A stretch of DNA of 64,000 nucleotides from Nitrospirota bacterium (GTDB lineage: Bacteria; Nitrospirota; Nitrospiria; JACQBZ01). Positions 8,501 to 18,401 of the stretch are shown one piece after another. The stretch's first letter is position 1. Each line of letters opens with the position of its first letter. The notes under the pieces were generated by a model, which was not told the DNA's origin, made no database searches, and saw only the letters and a list, made by a program, of their open reading frames with translations. The DNA is taken from NCBI GenBank assembly GCA_016201865.1, contig JACQCA010000012.1:4447-68446 (forward strand), read 5' to 3'. Made by a program: the position numbers and the translations under genes.

Positions 8501-11500
8501 TTACGACGGCGGTATCCATTTGTTCGCTCTGACACGGATGTTCAGCGCGGGCAGAACGCTTCCGGAGGTCAACTCGCTCTCCAGGAACAACGTCCAGGCA
8601 TTGCCGCAGCCGGCACTCGTTACACAATTTGTCAAACTATTTGCGGGATTCGTCCCTTCCATCGCGATGGCCGGATTCCCGTAATAGTCATCGCCGACGG
8701 TATAGTTATCAATGGGGGTTCGGGTCGTGGTGTCGAACCCGGCGCCGGCTTTAAACCTCATCCCGTACACACGCCACCGACCGGACGCATCCTTTTGCGC
8801 CCAGACCGCCATGCCGTTCCCGGTCGAGTCCAGCGCCACTTGGGGAGAGAAGGCCACACGGCTCACGGCGGTATCGTTCAGCACGGCATAGGGAAGGTTG
8901 TAAGTGTCATTCGTGGCCGCACCAAGCGCCGGGATTGGAAAGGAGGACCGCCAGTCGGTGGCGGTCGCCGCCGCACCGCCACAGGTCGTTGCACCGACCA
9001 CCTCAAAACAGTCGGCATAGACATCGTAATACGACCCGCTCGCATCCTTCCAGAACCGCTCCCAGACCGCCAGCGCAGTGCCGCTGGCATCTCCCGCCAT
9101 CGCGATCTGCGGAACATTGAGCTGGCATTCGATCAGCCAGATGCTTATCTCGGTCTGCACGCGGGCCTGCGAGGGGCAGTTGTAAAATTGCTCGGCTCCT
9201 CCGCGGTTGGTCGGTTGACTGGCATGGGCAAAGAGAAATGTCTTGTTGCCCGTCCAGCTTGTGGCCGCCCAGCTTGTGCCGCTTGCATATCGCATCGCCG
9301 CAATCGCATTGCCGCTCCAGTTAACAATTGCGTAGTTGGACAGACCGACATGCGTTTCTCTATTGACGAAGGCACATCGACCATTGGCGCCGCAGCCATT
9401 AGCAATATCCTCTTCTTCTCTCCAATAAACCTTCACCACCACGATCGCATTTCCGTTTCGATCCATCGCGATCTGCGGCTGAGAAGCCGTAATGCAGGCC
9501 GTCGTTAGACCCGCAATGGCTGTCGCACTACCTTGAGCCTCTCCAGTAGCAAAACAAGGAGTAACCGCAACGGGCGCATCCGGATCGATATTCAGTGCTC
9601 CGTTCGCGCCCCCCCAATTCGGGGTCAGGGGGGTGATGTTATCAAACTGATTCACATACACCGCGCCGTCGAAACAGGTAAACGTACCAACATTGACGGC
9701 AAGGGGCAAACCTTTAGAGGTCGGCGCAAGGTCGCAGGTCGAGGCCACCTGGCGAATGAAGGCCGCAATCGCACCGCCCGAAGCATCCATCGCCACGACG
9801 GGGCTGCTGGCAGGAGTCACTGACGTGCCGCCGCTGATAAAGCAGATCCCGTCATCGGCACCGCTATTGGTCGGGCAGACGCCGGCATCGCTTATTTCCC
9901 AGCCGCCGGAAAACCGCCGGGCCATCGTCTGCCATCCGGCGGCATAGCTGAAGATGTCTCCGTCCGTATTGGCAGTAGAACCAAATCCAGTATATAATAG
10001 GCCGTCATAGACTGCCATTGAGAATACCGCCTCAAAACTACCTGTATCCAGACTGACGGTCCAGTCCGTCCCATCGCAGACCGAGCACCGCTTGATATCC
10101 CCGTCTCCGGCCGAGCCGGTCCCCAGCCCGATATATAAGAAGCCGTTATAAGAAACCATCGAGCGCACCGCTTCATAGGTCGTGTCGGTCGGACTTCCGT
10201 TGGTAAACACCGTCGTCCAGTCCGTCGTCGTGTTGCATGCGGAACACCGCATCACATCCCCGTCCCCGCTTCCATCCCCCAGCCCGACATAGAGCTGGTT
10301 ATTATAGACCGCCATCGACCGAACGGCATCATACGGCGATCCCGCGCTTAAAACCGTGGTCAAATCCCCCGCTGTCACCCCGTCGCATACGGTGCATCGC
10401 ATCACAACCGCGTCCGTACTGGCCGTGATTCCAAGGCCGATGTAAAGTTGGTTGCCGCCGACGCTGTTAAAGACCATCAGGGCCGTCACTTCCTCAAAGG
10501 CATTTGTTGCCGAGTCCACCACAAGCTGCCAGTCCGTCCCATCGCAAAGGGTGCAGCGATAGACATCCGCGTTGCCGGTCGAGGTGCCCGTGCCGATATA
10601 GAGCTGACCGTTATAGACCGTCATGGATCGCACCGATTGGTACTGCCCGGTGTTGGCGGCCGGGATTCCGGTATCAAACACGGTCGTCCAGGTATTCGTC
10701 GTCACATCATACGACTGGACATCCCCGTCCCCTGCCGCACTGTCTCCATACCCCACATACAGTTTCCCATTGTAGACCGCCATCGAGTCCACTTGATCGT
10801 ACGGGGCCCCATTGTCATGGATGTTGGACCAGGTGCCGCCGCCGGGATTGTAAACGTAAACATCCCCGTCTCCATCTGTGTTATCGCCCATGCCGGCATA
10901 GAGTTTGCCGTTGTAGACCGCCATTGAGCGCACCGAATCATAAGGACTGCCGGTATTAAGCGATACCTGCCAATCCGTCTGGTAATACTGCGACCAGACG
11001 GCCATCGCCGTTCCGCCGCCGTCCGGCTCGACCGCGATCGCGGGAGCCGAGGCATTGAAGGTGGTAAAATCGGTGGAATTATTAAGCTGCTGAATCGGCC
11101 CCCAACTCCCGGAACTAAACCGACGGGCATAGACCCGCTGGGCAACCGTCCCGTCTCCGCCTAAGGCGGACTGCTCCCAAACCACGATCGCATTCCCGTT
11201 GTCGTCCATCGAGATCTTGGGCGCCCATGCGCCGTATTGCGCGCTTCCTGTATCAATAAGGCAGATACCATCACCGGGTGGAGGAGAAGTAGGGTCTGGA
11301 TTGCCGAACGGACAGCCGCTGTCGCTCGTGACCCAGTTGGGCCCGGTGGCCCGGCGGGCAAACAGATGATAGACGGCCGGGAGTGTGTCAAAGGGGTCCA
11401 GATCCACAAGCTTGACCCAAACCGCGATCGCCGTACCGCTCCCGTTCGGCTGTACCGCGATCTGAGGAGTTGTGGACATCCCGGTTCCGGTGTCCAGATT

Positions 11501-11653
11501 TGTCGCCCCTTGAAAGCCCAGCGCCTGAACGCCTGTCGAAGACGATCCCTTCCCCGGATCGGTCTTAAACCCGCAGCCGCTCAGCAGATAAAGGCCGCCG
11601 AGCAGGGCTATAAAGGTTAAAAAGTTTAAAGGGTTATGGATTTTCATCTTCAT
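8501..11653 (-). CDS. large repeat lipoprotein (1050 aa) with about 10 Kelch-like ~45-aa repeats
   Basis: Lipobox LYLLSGCGF. Repeats of the form (V/A)RSMAVYN(G/N)(K/Q)LY(V/I)G.GD..(G/A).GDV..(Y/C)...(T/D)(T/D)W, e.g. VRSMAVYNGKLYAGMGDNTDGDGDVYVYNPGGGTW, SMAVYNGKLYVGYGDSAAGDGDVQSYDVTTNTW, VRSMTVYNGQLYIGTGTSTGNADVYRC. The N-terminal third has a different repeat type (..AIAVW.., ..AIVVW.., ..AMAVW..). Confidence 0.6.
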   Translation of the reverse strand: MKMKIHNPLNFLTFIALLGGLYLLSGCGFKTDPGKGSSSTGVQALGFQGATNLDTGTGMSTTPQIAVQPNGSGTAIAVWVKLVDLDPFDTLPAVYHLFARRATGPNWVTSDSGCPFGNPDPTSPPPGDGICLIDTGSAQYGAWAPKISMDDNGNAIVVWEQSALGGDGTVAQRVYARRFSSGSWGPIQQLNNSTDFTTFNASAPAIAVEPDGGGTAMAVWSQYYQTDWQVSLNTGSPYDSVRSMAVYNGKLYAGMGDNTDGDGDVYVYNPGGGTWSNIHDNGAPYDQVDSMAVYNGKLYVGYGDSAAGDGDVQSYDVTTNTWTTVFDTGIPAANTGQYQSVRSMTVYNGQLYIGTGTSTGNADVYRCTLCDGTDWQLVVDSATNAFEEVTALMVFNSVGGNQLYIGLGITASTDAVVMRCTVCDGVTAGDLTTVLSAGSPYDAVRSMAVYNNQLYVGLGDGSGDGDVMRCSACNTTTDWTTVFTNGSPTDTTYEAVRSMVSYNGFLYIGLGTGSAGDGDIKRCSVCDGTDWTVSLDTGSFEAVFSMAVYDGLLYTGFGSTANTDGDIFSYAAGWQTMARRFSGGWEISDAGVCPTNSGADDGICFISGGTSVTPASSPVVAMDASGGAIAAFIRQVASTCDLAPTSKGLPLAVNVGTFTCFDGAVYVNQFDNITPLTPNWGGANGALNIDPDAPVAVTPCFATGEAQGSATAIAGLTTACITASQPQIAMDRNGNAIVVVKVYWREEEDIANGCGANGRCAFVNRETHVGLSNYAIVNWSGNAIAAMRYASGTSWAATSWTGNKTFLFAHASQPTNRGGAEQFYNCPSQARVQTEISIWLIECQLNVPQIAMAGDASGTALAVWERFWKDASGSYYDVYADCFEVVGATTCGGAAATATDWRSSFPIPALGAATNDTYNLPYAVLNDTAVSRVAFSPQVALDSTGNGMAVWAQKDASGRWRVYGMRFKAGAGFDTTTRTPIDNYTVGDDYYGNPAIAMEGTNPANSLTNCVTSAGCGNAWTLFLESELTSGSVLPALNIRVRANKWIPPS

Positions 11654-11677
11654 TTTTAATTATACCACTTTTTCTTC

Positions 11678-13072
11678 TTAATTCGACCGCGCAAAGTAGA
11701 CGTCATCCCCCTCATCATCGCCGCCCAAGCCGCGGCTTGCAAACCGGTTGTTGCGCTCATCCGTCCAGATCAGATAGGCCCTTCCGTTGGGGTCCAGTGT
11801 CACGCTGGGATGGTATTGATCCGCCTTGCCGGCATCATCATTGACGCGCCGGTTCGGACCGAATGTCTTCCCCCCATCCGGACTCTTCGCGAGATAAATA
11901 TCGGCATCGCCGTTTCGGAAATCTTCCCAGGCCACGGCGACGACGCCCTGGGCATTGGCCGTCGCGCTGGGGAAGGCCTGAGCCGCCGTTCCCGGATCGT
12001 CATTCAGCCGGAGATTCGCCGAAAAGGTCGCGCCGCCGTCCGTGCTTCGGGCGAAATAGATATCGGCATTACCGGTTCGGGCGGCTTCCCAATGCTGCTC
12101 TTCACCGGTCGCGGAAGGGTGCGGGGGCATTGTAACGGCGCTGTTTCGGAAATCGCTCCAGGCTACGACGATTTCGCCCGACGGCCCGAGCGCAAGGCTG
12201 GGCGAGATCTGGGGCGCCGATCCGCCCGCCGACGGCGGGTCGTCATTCACTCTTCGATTGGCGCTGAAGGTCGCGCCGCCGTCGAAGCTTTTGGTGAAAT
12301 AGATGTCGAAATTGTCGTTGCGGAAGTCTTCCCAAGCCGCGTAGATGACGCCCTGAGCGTCCACGGCCACGGAAGGATGGGAATGGTCCGTCGCCTCCGG
12401 ATCGTCGTTGACGCGCCGGTTTGTCGAGAAGGTCCGCCCTTGATCCTTGCTGACCGTCATATAAATATCATCCTTACCGTTGCGGGCATCCGTCCAGGCC
12501 ACGACCGCCCACCCCTTGGAATTCACGGCCAGTGTCGGGTTTCCTTGATAGGCCGCGCCGCGGTCATCGTTGAGTTGGAGGTTTTTCGAAAATGTCTTTC
12601 CGCCGTCGGTGCTTCGGGCGAAAAAGATGTCGGCATTGCCCTTTCGCCCGTCCCGCCAGGCGACATAGATCGTCCCTTGCGCATCCACGCCGATGCCGGG
12701 TTTGTACTGGACCGACGTCGTGGTGTCGTCATTGACCCTCTTGTTCGGCCCGAAGGTCCGGCCCCCGTCCACGCTTCTGGCGAAAAAGACGTCCGCATTC
12801 CCGTTCCGGACATCATACCAGACCGCATAAAGGGTATCCCCCCATACGGCCATGCTGTGACCGCCAGAGGAAAAGGTATGGGTCCAATAATGGGCCGCTT
12901 CATAGTCCGAGATTCTCCGATTCGATTCGAAAGTCAAAGGCGGCAACGAGGCCGGGACGGTCTCAACGCCTGCCTGACGGGCAGGCAGGCCGTCGCTCTG
13001 CGCAATGCGCAGGCCGGCATAACCGGAGGCGATACCGATCAAGATCACCCATAGAATCACCTTGAGTTTCAT
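11678..13072 (-). CDS. BNR/Asp-box repeat beta-propeller protein (exo-sialidase-like fold), secreted, 464 aa
   Basis: Six or more repeats (Y/F)(F/M)(A/T)(R/K)S.DGG(R/K/A)TF(G/S).N.R(V/L)NDD: FFARSVDGGRTFGPNKRVNDD, FFARSTDGGKTFSKNLQLNDD, YMTVSKDQGRTFSTNRRVNDD, YFTKSFDGGATFSANRRVNDD, YFARSTDGGATFSANLRLNDD, YLAKSPDGGKTFGPNRRVNDD. N-terminal signal MKLKVILWVILIGIASGYAG. Confidence 0.65.
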   Translation of the reverse strand: MKLKVILWVILIGIASGYAGLRIAQSDGLPARQAGVETVPASLPPLTFESNRRISDYEAAHYWTHTFSSGGHSMAVWGDTLYAVWYDVRNGNADVFFARSVDGGRTFGPNKRVNDDTTTSVQYKPGIGVDAQGTIYVAWRDGRKGNADIFFARSTDGGKTFSKNLQLNDDRGAAYQGNPTLAVNSKGWAVVAWTDARNGKDDIYMTVSKDQGRTFSTNRRVNDDPEATDHSHPSVAVDAQGVIYAAWEDFRNDNFDIYFTKSFDGGATFSANRRVNDDPPSAGGSAPQISPSLALGPSGEIVVAWSDFRNSAVTMPPHPSATGEEQHWEAARTGNADIYFARSTDGGATFSANLRLNDDPGTAAQAFPSATANAQGVVAVAWEDFRNGDADIYLAKSPDGGKTFGPNRRVNDDAGKADQYHPSVTLDPNGRAYLIWTDERNNRFASRGLGGDDEGDDVYFARSN

Positions 13073-13079
13073 GGCCCCC

Positions 13080-14120
13080 TCACCTCTCTAAATCTCCATT
13101 TAGAAATGAAGACAAGCCCCGTCCATCGTTGGCCGGATTCCGCGTCAAGTTAAAGGGACGCGATCCGTCCGCGCCCATCAGGTACAGCTCCCAGTTCCCG
13201 TCCCGGTTGGTATGAAACTGGATCTCGTTGTTGGTCAACCAGATCGGATCGTGATCGTCCATCACCGTGCGGGTCAGATTGCGTTGATCGGACCCGTCCG
13301 CATTCATGACATAGATCTCCTCGTTCCCGTCCCGGTCCGAAACAAAAGCGATCCGGGTGCCGTCCGGCGACCAGTCCGGAAACCGATCCGATCCAGGGTG
13401 GCGGGTCAGGTTCGTCGTCGCGCCGCCGTCGGAACGCATCACGTAGATCTCGTCGTTCCCGTCGCGATCCGAGACAAAAGCGATCCGGGTCCCGTCCGGC
13501 GACCAGACCGGATACCAACTGTTGGCCTGGTCGCGGGTGAGGTTAAACGGCCTCCGCCCATCGGAATACATCACATAGATCTCCTGATGGCCGTTTCGGG
13601 TCGACTCGAAGGCGATGCGGGTCCCGTCCGGCGACCACTGCGCGTTTTCATCCTCGCCCTTATCGTGGGTCAGCCGCGTCTGATGAGACCCGTCCGCATC
13701 CATGACATAGATCTCCCAGTTTCGATCCCGATGAGAACCGAAGACGATCTTCTTGCCGTCCGGCGACCAGCGGGGGGAATCCTCATCCTCGCTTGTGAAG
13801 GTCAACCGGCGAGGATCCGAACCGTCCTCATTCATCCGATAGATCTCTTTGTTCCCGTCCCGATCCGTCAGAAACACCACCTGTTTTATTCCCAGTATTC
13901 CGACGCTGTAATATTCCGCGGCCTTCGTGTAGGTTAAGCGCTTGAGATGCGAGCCGTCCAGGTACATCATGTAGATCTCCGGATTCCCGTCGCGGTCCGA
14001 AATAAAATGGATCTTAAAATCGGCCGGCAGCTCGCGAATCCCGCGCAATGCCGTCGATAGACAACCGACGGTGACCATCAGCAAGACGATTCCCGCTCTG
14101 AATATCCGTCCCAGCCTCAC
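13080..14120 (-). CDS. TolB-like (PD40 / WD40-like) beta-propeller repeat protein, secreted (346 aa)
   Basis: Track start is GTG. Signal peptide GIVLLMVTVGCLS. PD40 blades: DGNPEIYMMYLDGSHLKRLT, DGNKEIYRMNEDGSDPRRLTF...PRWSPDG, DRNWEIYVMDADGSHQTRLTH, WSPDGTRIAF repeated. Confidence 0.75.
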   Translation of the reverse strand: MRLGRIFRAGIVLLMVTVGCLSTALRGIRELPADFKIHFISDRDGNPEIYMMYLDGSHLKRLTYTKAAEYYSVGILGIKQVVFLTDRDGNKEIYRMNEDGSDPRRLTFTSEDEDSPRWSPDGKKIVFGSHRDRNWEIYVMDADGSHQTRLTHDKGEDENAQWSPDGTRIAFESTRNGHQEIYVMYSDGRRPFNLTRDQANSWYPVWSPDGTRIAFVSDRDGNDEIYVMRSDGGATTNLTRHPGSDRFPDWSPDGTRIAFVSDRDGNEEIYVMNADGSDQRNLTRTVMDDHDPIWLTNNEIQFHTNRDGNWELYLMGADGSRPFNLTRNPANDGRGLSSFLNGDLER

Positions 14121-14228
14121 CGTGCACCGTCATAGGGGCTCGCGTCGCCCCCTCCATCCGCCTCAGGCGGACTGGAGTCTTCCCCTCTCGCTCGCTCCCG
14201 CTCGCTGGGTATCTATCCGTAGGTGTCG

Positions 14229-15317
14229 CTAATTCTTTCGGTCCAGACCGCTTTCATTATATAGCACCACACTGCGCATATCGTCGGCCGGATCATGGGT
14301 CAGGTTGACCAGCCCCGAACCGTCCCGGTTCATCGCGAACAGATCCCAATTCCCCTCCCGGTTTCCAACAAACAGAATCCGCCCGTCCGGAAGCCAGACC
14401 GGGTCGTCCTCTTCGGCGTTGGGCGTGCGGGTCAGGTTCTTGGGGATCGATCCGTCCGAGTTCATGATATAGATTTCCCGGTTCCCATCGCGGGTCGTCA
14501 CAAACGGGAGGTACCGCCCGTCCATGGACCAGGTAAACATCCCGCTCCCGTCATCCGCCGGATTGCGGGTGAGATTCGTCGGATGGGACCCGTCGGCGTT
14601 CATGGCATAAATCTCCCGGTTGCCGTCGCGGGTGGACACGAACCCGATTCGGGTCCCGTCCGGCGACCAGAACGGGTTCCAGTCCAGTCCGGCCGTATCC
14701 GTCAGATTGCGCTGGCCGGACCCGTCGGCATTCATGAGATAGATATCCTCATCCCCGCCCGCCCGCGTGGACACAAAGGCGATCTGTGTTCCGTCCGGCG
14801 ACCACTTGGCGTCGGACTCTTCGGCCTCCGTCCGGGTCAGGCGGGTCGGGTCGGACCCGTCGGCGTTCATCACGTAAACCTCGCGGTTTCCATCCCGCGC
14901 CGATATAAACACGATTTTTTTCTTGTCCGGCGACCAGCGGGGAAAGTCATCCGTTCCGGCGCGGGTCAGTTGACGCTGATCGGTCCCATCCGCCGCCATC
15001 GAATAGATATCCCGCTTTCCCTGATCGTTGTTCACATAGACGACCCGGCTGCCGTCCAATGTCACAACGGCAAAGTACTTGGACCCGCCGCTGTTCGTCA
15101 GCCGGATCGGGTGTTCCCCGTCCGCGTCCATACGGAACAGCTCCCTGCCGCCGGTTCGATTCGACGAGAAGTAGATCTTAAAATCGTTGGTCTCTTGTGG
15201 GATGATCGCTTTCGGCTTGGCCGTCATTCCGGCCATCTGTCCGCAACCGGATATTAACAGGCCCGCCATGATCGCGACCCCGCCCCACAGACTCATCCTT
15301 TTCATAAAACCCTCCAT
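14229..15317 (-). CDS. TolB-like PD40 beta-propeller lipoprotein (362 aa)
   Basis: Lipobox LLISGCGQ. Blades: GGRELFRMDADGEHPIRLT, RDGNREVYVMNADGSDPTRLT, DGNREIYAMNADGSHPTNLT, WSPDG. Confidence 0.8.
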   Translation of the reverse strand: MEGFMKRMSLWGGVAIMAGLLISGCGQMAGMTAKPKAIIPQETNDFKIYFSSNRTGGRELFRMDADGEHPIRLTNSGGSKYFAVVTLDGSRVVYVNNDQGKRDIYSMAADGTDQRQLTRAGTDDFPRWSPDKKKIVFISARDGNREVYVMNADGSDPTRLTRTEAEESDAKWSPDGTQIAFVSTRAGGDEDIYLMNADGSGQRNLTDTAGLDWNPFWSPDGTRIGFVSTRDGNREIYAMNADGSHPTNLTRNPADDGSGMFTWSMDGRYLPFVTTRDGNREIYIMNSDGSIPKNLTRTPNAEEDDPVWLPDGRILFVGNREGNWDLFAMNRDGSGLVNLTHDPADDMRSVVLYNESGLDRKN

Positions 15318-16397
15318 TTAATTGTACGTGCCCGGCTGCAGCCGGATCCCCCTCGTATCGTCGGCCGGGTTATGGGTCAGGTTGGTCACACCGGAACCGT
15401 CCCGGTTCATGGTGTACAGTTCCCAGTTCCCGTCCCGGTTCGTCAGGAACAGGATGCGCCCATCCGGAAGCCAGACCGGATCATCTTCGTCCGCGTTGGG
15501 TGTGTTGGTGATGTTCCTCGGGTTCGAACCGTCCGCATTCATGATGTAGATCTCGCGGTGCCCATCGCGGTTGGTCACGAACGGCAAAACCCGTCCGTCC
15601 GAGGACCAGGTGAACATCCCGCTCCCGTCGTCCGCCGGATTACGGGTCAGGTTGGTCGGATTGGACCCGTCGGCGTTCATCGCATAGATCTCCCGGTTGC
15701 CGTCTCGGGTAGACACAAATCCGATCCGTGTGCCGTCCGGCGACCAGAACGGATTCCAGTCCTCTGCGGGATTCTTGGTCAGGTTACGCTGATTGGACCC
15801 GTCGGGGTTCATCACATAGATCTCTTCGTTGCCGTCGCGGTTGGAGGTGAAGGCGACCGTGTTTCCGCGCGGGAGCCACTGAGGGTCATCCTCCATCCCG
15901 GCCGTGTGAGTCAAGCGCGTCTGATCGGTCCCGTCCTCATTCATGATATAGACCTCGCCGTTTCCATCCCGCTCCGAAATAAACACGATCCTTTTACCGT
16001 CGGGCGACCACCGGGGCGCATAGTCGTCCGCGCTGTTGTTCGTGAGCCGCACCCGATTGGAGCCGTCCGTGTTGATCCGGTAAATCTCGCGGTTGCCGTC
16101 GCCGTCCGTCACATAGACCGCCTTCTTCTCATCCGGCGAGGCCACGGCATAATCCACCTGACCCATCTTCCGGGTCAACCGGGTCTGTCGGCTTCCGTCC
16201 GGCTCCATCATGTAAAGCTCGCGAGCGCCGTCTCGGTAGGAGATAAAAAACAGCTTGAAATTCGAAGACGCCGCGTCTTGAGCGGAAACCTCCGCGGTGG
16301 TTCTGGCGGCCGGCGTCATCGCGGAACTGCAGCCGATCAATCCCAAGACCGTTAGGGCTCCGATCACGGCCTTAAAGAACTGCCCCTCCATCTTCAT
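15318..16397 (-). CDS. TolB-like PD40 beta-propeller lipoprotein (359 aa)
   Basis: Lipobox LGLIGCSSA. Blades DGARELYMMEPDGSRQTRLT, DGNREIYRINTDGSNRVRLT, DGNGEVYIMNEDGTDQTRLT. Its C-terminal half is nearly identical to the preceding paralog (DGNREIYAMNADGS(H/N)PTNLTRNPADDGSGMFTWS.DGR.LPFVT.RDG.REIYIMN.DGS.P.N.T.TPNA.EDDPVWLPDGRILF). Confidence 0.8.
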   Translation of the reverse strand: MKMEGQFFKAVIGALTVLGLIGCSSAMTPAARTTAEVSAQDAASSNFKLFFISYRDGARELYMMEPDGSRQTRLTRKMGQVDYAVASPDEKKAVYVTDGDGNREIYRINTDGSNRVRLTNNSADDYAPRWSPDGKRIVFISERDGNGEVYIMNEDGTDQTRLTHTAGMEDDPQWLPRGNTVAFTSNRDGNEEIYVMNPDGSNQRNLTKNPAEDWNPFWSPDGTRIGFVSTRDGNREIYAMNADGSNPTNLTRNPADDGSGMFTWSSDGRVLPFVTNRDGHREIYIMNADGSNPRNITNTPNADEDDPVWLPDGRILFLTNRDGNWELYTMNRDGSGVTNLTHNPADDTRGIRLQPGTYN

Positions 16398-16451
16398 GGG
16401 TCATCCTCCTGTTAAGCAACTCGATTCACGATCATCAACCCGACGCACGGC

Positions 16452-18401
16452 TTACGGGCGCATCTCGATCGCTTTCGTCAGCAATCGTTTTTGCGCCCCA
16501 TTGGGGTCCGAAATCCAGATTCGGTATTCCCCGCTCGCGTTCGTGACGTAGGCCAGCCACCGGCCGTCGGGACTGACGGTCGGATGCCAGATGCGGGTGC
16601 CGAGCTGCGCCACCGAACGCGTCAACGATACGATCTCCCCGGTTTCCAGATTCTTTCGATACAGTTCATCATGGCCGGCCTCTTCCGCGATAAAATAGAG
16701 ACCCTTTCCGTCCGGGGCCCAGGCCGGCAGTCGCGCCGACGGACCCTGCACGACGGCTTTCGCATCTCGGCCGTCCCGATCCATCACATAAATGGCGGAC
16801 GCTCCGTCGCGGTGCGAAGTAAACGCGATCCGACGGTCGTCGGGCGACCAGGCCGGTTGAACATCCGCGCCGGGGGCGGTCGTCAACCGCATCGGGGTCG
16901 ACCCATCGGACGCCGCGAGGTAGACCTCCCAATTGCCGTCGCGATTGGATTCAAACGCGACCCACTTTCCGTCATGAGACAGGACCGGATCTTCACCCGG
17001 CCCAATCGTATCGCGATGCATCCGTCCGTCGGCCGCCCCGGTCGCCGCGCGCTCGATCCGACCGGTTTCGATCTCCACGACATACCATTCCCGAACCCGA
17101 CCCCGGCCGGCCGCAAAGGTAATCCGGCGGCCGTCCGCAGACCAGACAGGGTGTTCTTCAAAGTAGCCTCCCGTTCCATGCGAGCCTTCCTCGTTCGAGC
17201 GGGCAGTAACGGCAATTTCCTGAAAATCCGCCATACGGATGGCATAAATTTCTTCCCGGCCTCCGCGGTTTGAGGAAAAATAAATTTTCGTTCCATCCGG
17301 CGACCAATACGGGCAGATATCGTTGCCGGGGTTGAATGTCAACCGAGTTTGGTTTGATCCGTCGGAATTCATGACATAGATTTCCGGATTCCCATCTCGG
17401 TATGAGGCAAACGCCACATGTCTCATGTCCGGGGAGAAAACCGGGCTGGATTCGGCCGCCGGGGTTTGCGTCAGCCGGACCCGGCCGGTCCCGTCCGCGC
17501 GGATCGTGTAGACATCCCAATTCCCGTCTTTATTCGATTCAAAAATGATCCTCTGCCCGTCGGAAGACCAGCGCGGGTGATCCTCGTCGGAGGGATAATC
17601 GGTCAGGTCAACGGCCTCGCCCCCCTCCGAGGGCATACGAAAGATGTCCCAATTCCCGCTGCGATTCGAAATGAAGGCCAAGTACCGGCCGTCCGGCGAA
17701 TAGACCGGCGCGTCATTGTCTTTTGGACTGGCCGTCAAGGCCTCCAGACCCGTCCCATCGGGACGGATCCGGTAGATCTGCCAACTCCCGCGCCGGTTCG
17801 ACGCAAAGGCCAGCCATCGGCCGTCCGGCGACCAGACGGGGTTATAATCCTGCGCCGGGGAATTCGTCACGCGCCGGAGGTCCCGTCCGTCCGGTTTCAC
17901 GGTATAGATGTCCCAATTCCCGCTGCGCCGGGAAGAGAAAACGATCCGGCTCCCGTCGGGGGACCAGGCATAACTGCCGTTTCCGTCCTCGGCGCGGTTC
18001 CGGGTCAAATTCACGGGGTTGGATCCATCCTCATTCATCACATACAGCTCGGTGTTGCCGTCCCGACCGGAGACGAAGGCGATGCGTTTTCCATCCGGCG
18101 AGGCCACGGGCCAGATGTAAACCGGTTTGCCCTCGCGAAGATCCATGGGCTGATCTTCCCCTTCCGAAGCATAGGGCTGATTCCCCTTCAATGGGTCTAT
18201 CAGGGAAGGGACCATGCTGCCGCATCCTAAGCTCAGCAGAACGGTTATTGGAATGATGAAGGCGACCAGTAAGGCCACTTGCTTTCTCCTTGCAATTGGG
18301 TCAGCCGCATGACATGGGACCCATCCGGATCCATCAGATGGATCTGATAACTTCCCTCCCGGTTTGAACTGAACGCGATCTGTTTTCCATCCGGCGACCA
18401 T
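16452..18401 (-). CDS. TolB-like PD40 repeat lipoprotein, double-length (about 13 blades)
   Basis: PD40 blades throughout (NTELYVMNEDGSNPVNLT, SWQIYRIRPDGTGLEALT, NPEIYVMNSDGSNQTRLTF...). The track ORF overlaps the upstream gene by 157 nt. A more plausible start is the GTG at ~18278, preceded by AGGAGA, giving (M)ALLVAFIIPITVLLSLGCGS (lipobox LSLGC). Confidence 0.7.
   Translation of the reverse strand: MVAGWKTDRVQFKPGGKLSDPSDGSGWVPCHAADPIARRKQVALLVAFIIPITVLLSLGCGSMVPSLIDPLKGNQPYASEGEDQPMDLREGKPVYIWPVASPDGKRIAFVSGRDGNTELYVMNEDGSNPVNLTRNRAEDGNGSYAWSPDGSRIVFSSRRSGNWDIYTVKPDGRDLRRVTNSPAQDYNPVWSPDGRWLAFASNRRGSWQIYRIRPDGTGLEALTASPKDNDAPVYSPDGRYLAFISNRSGNWDIFRMPSEGGEAVDLTDYPSDEDHPRWSSDGQRIIFESNKDGNWDVYTIRADGTGRVRLTQTPAAESSPVFSPDMRHVAFASYRDGNPEIYVMNSDGSNQTRLTFNPGNDICPYWSPDGTKIYFSSNRGGREEIYAIRMADFQEIAVTARSNEEGSHGTGGYFEEHPVWSADGRRITFAAGRGRVREWYVVEIETGRIERAATGAADGRMHRDTIGPGEDPVLSHDGKWVAFESNRDGNWEVYLAASDGSTPMRLTTAPGADVQPAWSPDDRRIAFTSHRDGASAIYVMDRDGRDAKAVVQGPSARLPAWAPDGKGLYFIAEEAGHDELYRKNLETGEIVSLTRSVAQLGTRIWHPTVSPDGRWLAYVTNASGEYRIWISDPNGAQKRLLTKAIEMRP

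Noticed and set aside
11810-13054. Long plus-strand ORFs from the track (e.g. 11810..13054 414 aa, 14295..15257, 15372..16355, 23710..24639, 33101..34030, 50777..51865, 38110..38868)
   Set aside because: Each lies entirely inside a minus-strand gene with clear domain repeats. Their translations are Arg/Pro/Gly-rich, low-complexity, and periodic only because they mirror the sense-strand repeats. No RBS or signal features were seen. They are typical antisense shadow ORFs of GC-rich DNA.
14121-14228. GA-rich 108-bp gap with short hairpins (aggggc-tcgcgtc-gcccct; ccgcc-tca-ggcgg) between two PD40 genes as a terminator or promoter
   Set aside because: The stems are short (5-6 bp), there is no U-tract and no -35/-10 match. 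It may simply be a slightly longer intercistronic spacer, and the evidence is too weak to annotate.
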